DNA of 64,000 bases, from the IMG/VR virus record IMGVR_UViG_3300025770_000012, positions 20,948 to 84,947 of that record; one strand, 5' to 3'. Both the position numbers and the translations under genes were made by a program. The notes under the pieces were generated by a model. That model was given only the letters and a program-made list of their open reading frames with translations, did no database searches and was not told the DNA's origin. Shown here in pieces: positions 51,123 to 60,504 of this stretch. How positions within the stretch are numbered: position 1 is the first letter of the stretch; the number at the start of each line of letters is the position of its first letter. This stretch comes from a virus.

Positions 51123-52559
51123 TTAGGATGCTGTACAAGTGATGTCAAGCGAAGTATCAAATCGTCGTAGAACGATACCAGCAGTTTTCAACATATGTAC
51201 AGACGCACCGTCAACATCAGACGCTCTAGAAGAAGTCGAATCGAATCCTTTTGGAACAACTGAACCAGCAACACACCATCTCATCATCTCACGACCTTTC
51301 TTAGAGATCATTTGTAAGTTATTCTGACCGTCGTAATTAGACTGATCAACAAATACCATACGGTAAGATTCGAGTGAGTATCCTGTGACAGGGTGCTTCG
51401 CACGAGCTTGTGCAACAGGACCGTGATCAAACAATGGTAATTTTACCACGTTAACTACGTGTCCGTCGATGTGCTCATACGATGTGAAGTAACCCGTTAA
51501 ACCGAGTGAGCGACCAGATCCAGTTATGAATCGATTCTCTCCCCCAACTTTCCAAGAATTAGCTGTACCACCGAAGTGATTCTTTAGAGCCTCGTCAAAT
51601 TCACGAGCTCCACCAGTTCCGGTGTATAGAGTTACTTGCTTCTTAGCTGCATCAGTCATACCATAGAATAAGTCACCAATTATGTTCTTTAACTTATTCT
51701 CAGTCATTACTGAGTAAGTATCACGATTGATGATCTGCTCTAGAAGTCCAGGACCAACAACCACTGGCTGTCCGTTCTCATCCTTCATTTGAGTTTGACC
51801 TTTTGCATCATAAGTCTTTTGGCCGTACCAGTAGTACATCTCACACTCTTCCTTGAAGTTGAGCATGTGTGTGTACTCCTCGTAGTCCATCCATAGCTTA
51901 GTAGTCTTACCTCCTTTCGTTGGTAATGTAAACTCAGCTACGAAATCTTTAGCGTTACCAGACATATGGTAAGACTTACGTACAGTACCAATCTTGTTAC
52001 GCACTTTACCTGGAGTCTCCCAGTTAGAAGCATTGCCTCTAGAGAAGTCTACTCCTACAGGTGCATACATCTGAGCCCAAAGGTCTCCAGCTGTTTGACC
52101 AGTCGTTAGTGCCGCAGTTGCAGATGGATTAACTAACTGAAGTGTGTACTTCCAGTTAGAACCATCTTGTACTGGTTCTGCCATAATTCTTGCTTGCTCA
52201 CCTACGCTGTTTACAACAACGTAAGAGGCTACAAACCATTTATCAGGGAAAGTGAGGTAAAAAGTACTACCTCCCAGTCCTAAAGTGCTACCACCATTGG
52301 TAGCTGCTACTGGTCGAGTTTTCAACGAGTGAGTTTTTACACGATATTCATACTCTAAGCGGTCAATAGACTTTGTGTTACCAACACCTTCAGTTAAGAA
52401 AGATAGTGGGAAACGTTTGTCGTCTTTTCCAGCTAAGTGAGTGATGATCGGTGAAAGCTCAGTTGGCTTCGACAACAGAGCATTGGACAGACTATTCATG
52501 TCTGTCATTTGTGCGTCATTATAAAAATTCTTCTGCACAGTAATGTTCGTTCCGTTCAT
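51123..52559 (-). CDS. major capsid protein (HK97 fold, crAss-type)
   Basis: 478 aa; GPGLLEQI, LYTGTGGAREFD, GYFTSYEHIDGHVVNV...LFDHG, ESYRMVF; canonical position and own terminator. Confidence 0.88.
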   Translation of the reverse strand: MNGTNITVQKNFYNDAQMTDMNSLSNALLSKPTELSPIITHLAGKDDKRFPLSFLTEGVGNTKSIDRLEYEYRVKTHSLKTRPVAATNGGSTLGLGGSTFYLTFPDKWFVASYVVVNSVGEQARIMAEPVQDGSNWKYTLQLVNPSATAALTTGQTAGDLWAQMYAPVGVDFSRGNASNWETPGKVRNKIGTVRKSYHMSGNAKDFVAEFTLPTKGGKTTKLWMDYEEYTHMLNFKEECEMYYWYGQKTYDAKGQTQMKDENGQPVVVGPGLLEQIINRDTYSVMTENKLKNIIGDLFYGMTDAAKKQVTLYTGTGGAREFDEALKNHFGGTANSWKVGGENRFITGSGRSLGLTGYFTSYEHIDGHVVNVVKLPLFDHGPVAQARAKHPVTGYSLESYRMVFVDQSNYDGQNNLQMISKKGREMMRWCVAGSVVPKGFDSTSSRASDVDGASVHMLKTAGIVLRRFDTSLDITCTAS

Positions 52560-52611
52560 TTCTTAATTATTATTTATTTATACAATACTATTTATTAGTT
52601 GATTGCCATTA

Positions 52612-53697
52612 TTAAAGCGAAAGATCTAGATCCTCAAGATCTACATTTCTCGTACGTTTGGAAGCTCTACGTGCACTCTTAACGCTAGACTCGTTTGCTA
52701 CGATTCTATCTTTAAGATTGCGAACACTTTTTGATCTTGCTTTAGTGTCAATAATGCCGTCTAGGTCGAAACCTTTATACATTAAATAATCTATAGCCAA
52801 CTTAGTGTCCATGTCAGCTCCCTCGTGATCAATATCACGCTGGGTGTGCCCCTCTTGGTTCACTGGAGATGATAAGTATTGGAAAAAAGCACCTTTGTCT
52901 TTTTCCGTTACTCGTAACCCTGCAAATTCTCTCGATTCCTCAATAATATCTGCTACTCCATTCCAAAACTCAGTAAGCTCTTGGTGCTTTTGAGTCTCTT
53001 GTTCTCTTTGTTGGTGAATCATCTCCTGGCGTTGAGCCTGTTGATGATTACCTAACGCTCTACGAGCTGCGTCAGATTTTTGATACAGCTTACCTGTATC
53101 CTCAAAATCTTCTAACATCTCATTTATAAATTCTTTATCATGCCCTTTAGTGGATAAATAATCACCAAGGATAGCTTTTTGACTTTGAATATCGTTTTCT
53201 GCGATACTAAGTTTATTATAATCCATATTTGGATCATGGGCAGTCATGAAATTCTGGGATTCTCCTCCGGCTAGTACATATTGTAGATGATCTTTTACTA
53301 AGGGAAACCTAGTTAGAATATCTTCCATCTGCTCATTAGCCATTTGAGAAGCCATATCTTTAGTTAATTCTACTAGTCCTTCTGTAGTATCATCGTACTT
53401 AGTATCTACGTCATAACCTAGTTTATCTAAAACGGAGTTAACGATGGAATCATCGTCCTCCTCATCATCTTCTTCAAATTCTTTATCGTCTGCTCTTTCA
53501 TCCTCTACATCCTCTTGGTCGTCATACCCGGCTTCATCCTCTGGGCGATCTTCGTTCTCTATGCGTTCTTCTTGTTCCGCCTCCGGAGGGGCTTCTATTT
53601 CTCCTACATCATCTGTAGGGGATAGCTCAATACCATCCCCTCCGATTACATCGTCGAAGGTAATGTCATCCAGCTGTATTTGTTCTCTTGGGTCCAT
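52612..53697 (-). CDS. acidic protein upstream of MCP, putative scaffold
   Basis: 361 aa; very acidic N-terminus, coiled-coil middle; conserved position before the MCP in crAss-like phages. Confidence 0.65.
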   Translation of the reverse strand: MDPREQIQLDDITFDDVIGGDGIELSPTDDVGEIEAPPEAEQEERIENEDRPEDEAGYDDQEDVEDERADDKEFEEDDEEDDDSIVNSVLDKLGYDVDTKYDDTTEGLVELTKDMASQMANEQMEDILTRFPLVKDHLQYVLAGGESQNFMTAHDPNMDYNKLSIAENDIQSQKAILGDYLSTKGHDKEFINEMLEDFEDTGKLYQKSDAARRALGNHQQAQRQEMIHQQREQETQKHQELTEFWNGVADIIEESREFAGLRVTEKDKGAFFQYLSSPVNQEGHTQRDIDHEGADMDTKLAIDYLMYKGFDLDGIIDTKARSKSVRNLKDRIVANESSVKSARRASKRTRNVDLEDLDLSL

Positions 53698-53710
53698 TCT
53701 ATATTGTTTT

Positions 53711-53752
53711 TATGTAATCCTACAAAAATACGAAAAATATACTCGTATTTTT
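53711..53752 (-). promoter_or_regulatory. Bacteroidota-type -7 promoter element (TAnnTTTG) overlapped by an inverted repeat
   Basis: Minus-strand TATTTTTG at 53723-53730, 25 nt upstream of the ATG; AAAAATACGA / TCGTATTTTT inverted repeat. Confidence 0.65.
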
Positions 53753-53794
53753 TATAGATTTACGGGTTTTTATGTCGTTATTATTATATACCAC

Positions 53795-56149
53795 TTAATA
53801 TCCATATTTAGAAATATAAGTCTGTTTACGTTTAATTTTGGGCCCTCCAGTTTTATTCTGGGCCAATTGACCTACATTAATATTTACCTTGCCACCTTCA
53901 CCCTCACTTGAGCCATAGTTTCTTCCAACCGATCTAAGGATTCTGTAGGGGGAAATTTTGTCAAAGCCTTCCGCTTCATTAAAGTCATCTATAACTCCTG
54001 AAAATCCTTCACCTGTGGCATCATTAAAATTATATTGATCTGTAACTGAGTAGGTGCCATCTCTATTTTGCTTGTAATTTGCTTGGCCAATTGTAGTTTT
54101 CATAGAGTAATTAGGATTGAAGTACTTAAACAAAGGAGCGAATGAGCCGCTAAAAGTTCCACCTACATCGTCATTCTTATGCTCACTGGTTTGGTAATCA
54201 TCATATCCTAGAACTCCTCTCCTTCCACCCCCAGCTTCCCCTATAGCATCTCGAAGGGCCTGTGCTTCTCTATCATTAATAGTAGTCTCATCAATATCTT
54301 GAGAGCCTATGCCAGTTACATCGGAAATAAGTTGCCTTGCATTTGACGGAACTACATTATTAAGAACGTCTCGAGCTGCGCCACCTGCATAGTCTAAGGC
54401 CGACTCAAACCAATTAGACTTGTCCTCTTCTTTATTATCTTTCTCTTCCCCAGAATCTCCACCTGTAGCAAAACGTTTACTTAGATAGGTATCATGAGAT
54501 CTAACTCCTCCCTTTCTGTGAAAAGCTTTGGAAGCAGATGCTGTTTTATAGTGTTTAGCGAAAAAGTCAGCCTGCTCGTCAGTATCAAATCTAAAGTCCT
54601 TCTTACTGGGGGCAGGATTTGGATCGTACGTTAATGGGCCACCAGGATACTTTTCTTGCACAGTTGGAACTGCATGATTATCCCACGCAGACATATAGTG
54701 TGTAGACACACCATCTACTTCGGGTATCTGCATCCTCTGTCCTTCGTCCTTAATCATTCTTTGGGCCGCAGTATTACCTGAGTTGGCCTCGTTATAAATC
54801 TTAAGTGACATCTCCGCGTCGTTAAGAGGTTCTACTCTAGGTCCGCCTGTTCTGGGACCTGCATATTGCATACGATTTCCCCCTGTCTTGAAGCCCCCCT
54901 CTTTCCATTTGAATTTAGGATCCTGATTATGAAGGTTTACAAAGTCTTGAGCAGATAAAATTTTATCTACTTCTGCAACTTGAGAGCCTTTTGGACCTAA
55001 TAGAGTTGTTATATTTTGACCACCTGCTCCTGTTACTTGCATATTAGTTCCTGTCCCAGGTTTTATTTTTGCTAAAGCATCATCAGTAAATTCTGATACA
55101 TTTACTCTTTTAAGTTGATCCGAATTAGGTTTTAATTTAACAACGTAAGGATTTTTACCCCCATATCTATCAACTAAACTGTTTTTACCTAGTATCCAAC
55201 TTTGATCTGTAGTTGCGTTTATATGATCAAAGCCAGTATTAGATTGAACATCCCCTTGAATACCTGTGCGTCTTCCTACTGTTCCTTCAGCAGGTACATG
55301 AGTTGCATATCTTCTAGCAGTTTCAATATCAGGAGCGTCAACTACTCTATATAAACTTTTCACTTCATCAACCGACTTTGCTGTTCCAGGAAGAGCAGCA
55401 AATGCAGCTCCTAAAGCTATATTTTTTGCATTTCCCCATGAAGGATTATTTATCATATCTTTTGTTGCCCCTGCTACATACTTTGCATCTCCTACAGGAG
55501 ATAAATAGTCTGCAAAACTAAAAGATTTTATAGCATCACCCCTAGAATTACTATTATCCCCCATATTAGAAACTACACCATTATAGTAATTCTCTTGCCC
55601 CTCTTCAAATGTAGGTAAAGGAGTTTCCCCATTTAAAGCACGATACTCTGCCGCTACTTTTTGCTTAGTTCTAATTTTTTCCAAAAACTCATCTGAAATA
55701 CCTGTCTCCTTATTTTCCTCTTCTTTGTTTTTCTTTTGATCAAAACCTGCCAATTGCATGCGATTACCTCCAGTCTTAAATCCTCCTTTTTTATATGTGC
55801 CGGGAGTTTCTATAACAGTCCCCACATCATCACCCATAGGTATATTCTCAATACCAGGAGGAACCGACTCATAGGATGCTACAACATTACCTTTCTTATC
55901 GACCTTCTTCATGTCGATTGGATGAGTCATACCCATTGTATTAAAATCTCCAGAAGAGTTTGGGAAGGACATACTTGATCCCTCAGGTTGCCCCCGCAGT
56001 CCGTTAGTGGCTTTTTCTGGAGTATCGGCAATTTGGTCTACACCAGATGCCTGTGCCTCCTGTTGATTGATAAGGTCTCCAATAGAACCCTTATGGCCAG
56101 AAGCTAGTGCCCCCTTAATAATATCTAGTTTCTCCTCAGAGCTTAGCAT
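53795..56149 (-). CDS. modular protein of unrelated segments separated by xxxGG tags; includes a toxin-like module
   Basis: 784 aa directly downstream of the portal; GGFKTGGNRMQ twice, plus PRTGG, HRKGG, FATGG, NKTGG. Confidence 0.7.
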   Translation of the reverse strand: MLSSEEKLDIIKGALASGHKGSIGDLINQQEAQASGVDQIADTPEKATNGLRGQPEGSSMSFPNSSGDFNTMGMTHPIDMKKVDKKGNVVASYESVPPGIENIPMGDDVGTVIETPGTYKKGGFKTGGNRMQLAGFDQKKNKEEENKETGISDEFLEKIRTKQKVAAEYRALNGETPLPTFEEGQENYYNGVVSNMGDNSNSRGDAIKSFSFADYLSPVGDAKYVAGATKDMINNPSWGNAKNIALGAAFAALPGTAKSVDEVKSLYRVVDAPDIETARRYATHVPAEGTVGRRTGIQGDVQSNTGFDHINATTDQSWILGKNSLVDRYGGKNPYVVKLKPNSDQLKRVNVSEFTDDALAKIKPGTGTNMQVTGAGGQNITTLLGPKGSQVAEVDKILSAQDFVNLHNQDPKFKWKEGGFKTGGNRMQYAGPRTGGPRVEPLNDAEMSLKIYNEANSGNTAAQRMIKDEGQRMQIPEVDGVSTHYMSAWDNHAVPTVQEKYPGGPLTYDPNPAPSKKDFRFDTDEQADFFAKHYKTASASKAFHRKGGVRSHDTYLSKRFATGGDSGEEKDNKEEDKSNWFESALDYAGGAARDVLNNVVPSNARQLISDVTGIGSQDIDETTINDREAQALRDAIGEAGGGRRGVLGYDDYQTSEHKNDDVGGTFSGSFAPLFKYFNPNYSMKTTIGQANYKQNRDGTYSVTDQYNFNDATGEGFSGVIDDFNEAEGFDKISPYRILRSVGRNYGSSEGEGGKVNINVGQLAQNKTGGPKIKRKQTYISKYGY
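54866..55786 (-). repeat. direct peptide repeat GGFKTGGNRMQ (copies 55754-55786 and 54866-54898)
   Basis: 11 identical codon translations; 7 synonymous third-position differences between the copies. Confidence 0.9.
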
Positions 56150-58443
56150 TATTTATTCTTATTAGCAGATTTAGCCACTTTAGCTTTTGTACTAGCTTCT
56201 TTATTTTTAATTCCAGCTTCAGTACGTTTAATACTTTCGTTAGCCTTATTAGATCTAGCTTGTTCTTCGGCTTGAGATTGTTTAGTATCCGAGTCTTTAG
56301 CTTTTACCTCTACATCTTTAGCATGCTTAGTGCCATCCATCTCTACTCGAGCGTTGTTATCTTCGGCGTGGATCTTAGCAACTTCGATCTGGGTCTCGCG
56401 ATCCTTTTCTTTATTCATGTTGTCGTTATCTCTGCCTTCCTTCTCTCCTTGCAGTTTAGCTTTCTCTATTTCGTTCTGAGCTTCTTGCTGTTGAGCTTGT
56501 AGCTCTTCCATTTGCTTTTCCGCTAGACCAACCTTTGCTTTAATAGTAGCAAAACTCTCTGAATCTAGCATCTCTACGATTGTAGAAGCTGGCACTCCGT
56601 TTTGGATCATAGATTGAGCTAAGTTTTTGACCATGTCAAACTTCTCCTGCTCCTTCCCTGAGTCGGTCATGAATATACCATAGTTAGATTCCATGTGGGC
56701 TACACTTTCTAAATCTAAAAACTCTTGAGTACCGTCTGGCATCATGAATGCGGCTTTCTTACCTGTATGCCAAGCTTCTTTAGAATAATCAAGGAGGGCT
56801 TGCATGTCCCTCGCCTCCATTCTATTAAACTTTTTAAATAAATCTTCTGTAATATGAGACGACTGTACGATTGCTTGTTGTGATGTAGCCTTGCCCTCAT
56901 ATGATCCAATTTGTCCCTGACGTTGGCGGTTTACACCGGATAACTTCTCCCACTCTAGCATGATAGACTCTAGCAACATTATATACTGATCAATAGTCTG
57001 TATTGACATGTCTAACACTGACTGGTGTTGAGGATTAAGTTGGATACCTTCCTTATTGTAATCTACCCAAGCAATACCTGACCCTTCTACATAGTACATG
57101 AACTTGTCCATGTCCCATTTCTTTGGGATCATATTAATATCAAACTGAGCAATAATGTCTTTACTTCTAGCAACTGCTAACTCTAATCTGTACTTGTAGA
57201 TATTATAAGTTAACTGGAAAGGTATTCCAAGAGATACTAATGAGATATTAACCGCGTTAACATCTGAATACTTTCTACCATTGATAGGAAGCTTACATGA
57301 TGATAGGTTATCTATTGATAGCCTTTGGTTAGATATAGGATTAATATTAATTATCATCCTTCCATCTATTCTTGTGCCCTCCCAAACTTCATTTACCCAC
57401 TTCCAGTCTATAACACCTCCCATCTCCTTAAGTTCCATAGGCATTTTGAACCCATCGTCTACCATCTGCTCTTCGGGGACTCCTGTATTGGGGTCCAAAT
57501 ATGATAAGAAACCTATCCTTTTTCTTGACTTCCAGTAAACGTTGATAACTTCTATCAATCGGTTTCTATAAGAGTTTGGGCTCTTACCTGCTCCACTTGA
57601 ATATAGAAGATATGAATCTGCCTCAGAATTTCTGGGCTCTTCTAGTTCTAGTACTTGTTCTTCCGTGAGACTATCGTAGTAATGATCAACAACAGTAGAG
57701 GCATGCACATATTTACGCACCATAGCCCAATCACCATCTTCCACAAACTCCACATCAGGATCTTTATCATAATCAACATCGATTGGATTTAAAACATCAT
57801 AAAATGGCTCAGACTGTCTTACACCTCTGTGAGTGTAACACTCTCCAGATATAAGGAAATGGAACCATGCTTTGTCTAACTTATCCCCAACTTCTTGCTC
57901 TGTTAAGATATAGTTCATAGCCTGCTGGCCTTTGATAGCTCTATTATCTACGTATGTAGCTTCGAACTGGTCGGCAATATGTTTAGGAAGCTCTACTTCT
58001 TGAGTTTCCATCCCAGTATTTGCTCCTTTGGCGTTCATCTCATTAGCAAACCTCTGCTTAAGGCCCTGAAGGATAGCTTCTTTCTTAGCTTCTTCCTTTA
58101 GACTTATAGAGTCTGCATTTTTAACTACAACACTAAAGTTCATCGGACGCTTAGACTTCTCCCCCAATAAAAGATCGATAATCGGCTTAATGATAGGATA
58201 GTTCCGCATCTGAGATGGGAAGTTCTTTCTAGACTTACCGTAAGGTTTAAGGACATGTGTATAGTCCCCCTCGTCTATGGTACCGTTGTAATAATCGTAC
58301 AATCTTTTGAGATCGTCCTTATGTGAAGTATAACCAGTGCCCTGGTCAGAAAGATTGATGAATGCTTCTACGCATCCTTCTCTCCATTCTTTATCTTTCT
58401 TTTTGATCGACAGTTTCTGTCGAGGAATGTTGTCGTAGCCCAT
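56149..58443 (-). CDS. portal protein
   Basis: 764 aa after the terminase; NYPIIKPIIDLLLGE, YWKSRKRIG, WVNEVWEGTRI, SGVNRQRQG...QSSHITE and a C-terminal coiled coil. Confidence 0.9.
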   Translation of the reverse strand: MGYDNIPRQKLSIKKKDKEWREGCVEAFINLSDQGTGYTSHKDDLKRLYDYYNGTIDEGDYTHVLKPYGKSRKNFPSQMRNYPIIKPIIDLLLGEKSKRPMNFSVVVKNADSISLKEEAKKEAILQGLKQRFANEMNAKGANTGMETQEVELPKHIADQFEATYVDNRAIKGQQAMNYILTEQEVGDKLDKAWFHFLISGECYTHRGVRQSEPFYDVLNPIDVDYDKDPDVEFVEDGDWAMVRKYVHASTVVDHYYDSLTEEQVLELEEPRNSEADSYLLYSSGAGKSPNSYRNRLIEVINVYWKSRKRIGFLSYLDPNTGVPEEQMVDDGFKMPMELKEMGGVIDWKWVNEVWEGTRIDGRMIININPISNQRLSIDNLSSCKLPINGRKYSDVNAVNISLVSLGIPFQLTYNIYKYRLELAVARSKDIIAQFDINMIPKKWDMDKFMYYVEGSGIAWVDYNKEGIQLNPQHQSVLDMSIQTIDQYIMLLESIMLEWEKLSGVNRQRQGQIGSYEGKATSQQAIVQSSHITEDLFKKFNRMEARDMQALLDYSKEAWHTGKKAAFMMPDGTQEFLDLESVAHMESNYGIFMTDSGKEQEKFDMVKNLAQSMIQNGVPASTIVEMLDSESFATIKAKVGLAEKQMEELQAQQQEAQNEIEKAKLQGEKEGRDNDNMNKEKDRETQIEVAKIHAEDNNARVEMDGTKHAKDVEVKAKDSDTKQSQAEEQARSNKANESIKRTEAGIKNKEASTKAKVAKSANKNK

Positions 58444-58447
58444 GATC

Positions 58448-58472
58448 TACAAATATACAAAAATTATCCTTA
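58448..58472 (-). promoter_or_regulatory. Bacteroidota-type -7 promoter element upstream of portal
   Basis: Minus-strand TATATTTG at 58450-58457, only 6 nt before the ATG. Confidence 0.65.
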
Positions 58473-58518
58473 CCTGCGATAATAAGATTATTTTCTAAGT
58501 TTCTTTACTAGTATATCA

Positions 58519-60504
58519 CTAATAATAGTTTGAATCAAACCATTTATCTGCGGCTCTATCTTCTAGAATATCTTTTATTTCAGCATTATATAGCTCCCTT
58601 GTGTGATACATACCTATCATAAGAGCCATCACACGGTCAAAGTTACCTTTGTGGTTAAACTTTATTAACTCTGTAAGGAGAGCAGGATCATATATTTTAT
58701 GGATGTTTAATGTAATTTTTCCATTTTCATCAGTATATCTAGGAGTATTTAACCAGTCTCTTATATATATTTCTCCCTGTCTTTTACGGGGCTCTGTCAT
58801 ATGCATCCCATACTGTCTCTTCACGGTCTTAGATCTAAGGTCCCTCTTATCTAACATTTCAAACTCCTCCTGTAGTTTATGTAATTTCCTGTGCCTCTTA
58901 GCATAAGGTATCACTTCTCCACGATCATTCTCAAATCCAATCTTACATCCATAGTAATCTGCTAATAAGAACAGGTTTTTATTATAATCATCTTGAGTAT
59001 CTGGCCGCCCTACATAGCTGGCTACAATAAGATCGTCTGGCTGTGAAAGATTGTTTGGGCGCTTAAGTACATACGCCGCACCAAGGGACGCACTATCGGC
59101 AGATTTGTTTTGACCGTAAGGGTCATGGCAAATCACATACATATTAATAGGTACCTGCTCTTTTTGGTTTCTATAAGGAGACTCGTAGATAACTATTGCA
59201 CCTGTAGTATTATCATCCTTTCTATGTGGGTATTTAGTTACTGCTCTAAGATCACCATCTAGTCGGAACTTTATCTTCCCGTCTGCCGTGTAATAAAGAC
59301 TACCTATAGTACCTACCGATTGCAGATTGTGAGCCTTAATGTTATTATACTGCTCTTGTAACGACGCTATGTCGAACAGATTGGCGGTTACTTGTAGGGT
59401 GGCCTCTTGCGGTGAAAAAGGGTGTTCCGCAATATACTGATCAAGAGACTTTGCGTCTGCTGCGCCTTTCTTCTTCTCCCGCATAGAGTTCTCATATTCT
59501 CTTGCCTTCTGCTCTTGAGAATTTCCATCATCATCAATAAAACCATCTAAGTTCTTGTGTATAGGTATGAAAAATCCACACCTAGTTCCTATAGCTCCCT
59601 CATCCCAGATATTCTCATAGGACATACAATCATAGGCGTCTGGGTTATAAAAAATCTCTTCCATAGCTTCAAAGTCCCCGTCTTTAGTACCACCAGTACC
59701 AAAAGCTATCATCAATCCTAAAGTCTTTGCCCCTTGTCTCATAGTAGGCATAGTTACTTCCCATGCTTTTAATAATCCAGGAAAAGCACCGGCTTCCTCA
59801 AAAAATATGAGCTCTCCAGCCTTACCCCTCACTTTGTCTGGGGCATCCTTAAGTGATACCCCCATGATCTGGGACTTCATCCCCATCTCTATCTCAATAC
59901 CATTGACTTTCTTCTTGTAGCCGGACATCTTATGCATCTCCCTATCCTTAAGGCGGGGTTGCGCCCACGCGGTATGATCGTCAATGAAAGATAAAAACTC
60001 CCAAGCTTTAGATAAGAGACCGTCACCTATAAGGTATTCTTTTTGCGCAGCAAAAACAAAATTCTTAGAATTCCTAACAAAGAAGTAGTTTCTAGCTAAC
60101 ATACTACCTGCCTTGTAAGAATACCCTTTACGTCTAGCTTTAAGTACGATCATATGCTTGTCTTGAGCCCTGGCCTTCTCTATCTCATGATAGTATTCCC
60201 AATCCCCATCATAAAAACTAGGGAAGGTCCTCTCACGTCGGGACTGAGTAGTGCCGTCCGGCATGATCTCATCTATAGCCCTATCTATGGGACAGTAGTT
60301 TAAATAAAAGTAATGAAAGCCTGTAACAGACAATGCCTCTGGGGTACCCGAATCAACGGTATACCCATAGAGACATCTTTTCTTCTCGCCGTCCCAATAC
60401 TCATAATAATCCCTTGTACCTGGAAGAGCGTCAGTATAATGCCCAGATTTTAAAAACTTAACTGCTGAAGGGCGTACCCTATCTATGTTTTTGAATCTCG
60501 ACAT
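58519..60504 (-). CDS. terL: terminase large subunit
   Basis: Walker A-like LKARRKGYS, Walker B IFFEEAG, coupling motif FGTGG, nuclease motifs HDPY and GNFDRVMA. Confidence 0.93.
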   Translation of the reverse strand: MSRFKNIDRVRPSAVKFLKSGHYTDALPGTRDYYEYWDGEKKRCLYGYTVDSGTPEALSVTGFHYFYLNYCPIDRAIDEIMPDGTTQSRRERTFPSFYDGDWEYYHEIEKARAQDKHMIVLKARRKGYSYKAGSMLARNYFFVRNSKNFVFAAQKEYLIGDGLLSKAWEFLSFIDDHTAWAQPRLKDREMHKMSGYKKKVNGIEIEMGMKSQIMGVSLKDAPDKVRGKAGELIFFEEAGAFPGLLKAWEVTMPTMRQGAKTLGLMIAFGTGGTKDGDFEAMEEIFYNPDAYDCMSYENIWDEGAIGTRCGFFIPIHKNLDGFIDDDGNSQEQKAREYENSMREKKKGAADAKSLDQYIAEHPFSPQEATLQVTANLFDIASLQEQYNNIKAHNLQSVGTIGSLYYTADGKIKFRLDGDLRAVTKYPHRKDDNTTGAIVIYESPYRNQKEQVPINMYVICHDPYGQNKSADSASLGAAYVLKRPNNLSQPDDLIVASYVGRPDTQDDYNKNLFLLADYYGCKIGFENDRGEVIPYAKRHRKLHKLQEEFEMLDKRDLRSKTVKRQYGMHMTEPRKRQGEIYIRDWLNTPRYTDENGKITLNIHKIYDPALLTELIKFNHKGNFDRVMALMIGMYHTRELYNAEIKDILEDRAADKWFDSNYY

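Noticed and set aside
51123-52559. xxxGG matches in MCP (PTKGG, WKVGG) and fibres (IAKGG, VKKGG) as cargo tags
   Set aside because: Isolated matches within folded Gly-rich domains, not clustered at termini or linkers; likely chance.
7297-56151. Frequent TAATG stop/start overlaps and absence of Shine-Dalgarno sites
   Set aside because: Real, but ordinary translational coupling and typical of Bacteroidota and their phages.
7299-60504. Introns or inteins in terminase, MCP or RNAP
   Set aside because: ORFs are continuous and no intein splice motifs or homing endonuclease motifs were recognised; the terminase is of ordinary length.
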